Below, in pieces: positions 63,879-64,000 of a DNA stretch of 64,000 nucleotides. Numbering within the stretch: the stretch's first letter is position 1; each line of letters starts with the position of its first letter. Origin of the DNA: a virus (lineage: Duplodnaviria > Caudoviricetes); the IMG/VR virus record IMGVR_UViG_3300031994_000079, positions 8,928 through 72,927 of that record. One strand, written 5' to 3'. Under the pieces are notes generated by a model. The model was not told the DNA's origin, did not search any database, and saw nothing but the letters and a program-made list of their open reading frames with translations. The position numbers were made by a program, and so were the translations under genes.

Positions 63879-64000
63879 CACTAGATGAACATATCCATAA
63901 AGCAGAAGAAGATGCAAAGATGGCAGAATTTGATACTGTGTGGGGCGTAGGTAATTACTTTATTGATAGAACAGAGGCTCTTGAATATGCAAAGGAATGC
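63875..64000 (+). CDS. 3'-truncated hypothetical protein
   Basis: AAGGAG RBS, MTLDEHIHKAEE..., runs off the window. Confidence 0.55.
   Translation, partial: MTLDEHIHKAEEDAKMAEFDTVWGVGNYFIDRTEALEYAKEC

Noticed and set aside
502-63917. Minus-strand ORFs in the six-frame track (e.g. 21272-22000, 2628-3110, 4925-5347)
   Set aside because: Antisense shadows of + strand genes, without RBS or recognisable motifs

Overview
Nearly all of a tailed dsDNA phage genome (siphovirus-like, AT-rich, every credible gene on the + strand). Gene content and AGAAAGGAG-type RBS/sigmaA promoters point to a Bacillota (probably Clostridia) host. Layout: early region of small, often acidic ORFs with repeated promoters (1-6.6 kb); an 879-bp island with no GG dinucleotide that holds a complete transcription unit (6.75-7.63 kb); packaging, head and tail genes (7.8-29 kb); lysis (30-32 kb); an uncharacterised post-lysis module (32-37 kb); replication and recombination (SNF2 helicase, initiator with internal origin, DnaC, DnaB, primase, SSB, a PolA split into three pieces, GT-A putative DNA-modifying genes, beta clamp plus full clamp loader, Cas4-like nuclease, RecU, RecA, two GIY-YIG endonucleases; 37-60 kb); and a cassette-like array of small ORFs (60.6-64 kb). 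No integrase, CRISPR array, rRNA or reverse transcriptase seen. Most unusual: (i) the GG-free unit, with GG-NN-GG-NN-CC-NN-CC palindromes just upstream and putative DNA glycosyltransferases elsewhere; (ii) a 7-nt TCT-TAG-G-TCA interruption inside PolA catalytic motif A that looks like a Ser-to-Ser stop-hop site; (iii) two unrelated-sequence leaders with the same kissing-loop architecture. Product calls come from motif recognition by eye; no database searches were run.
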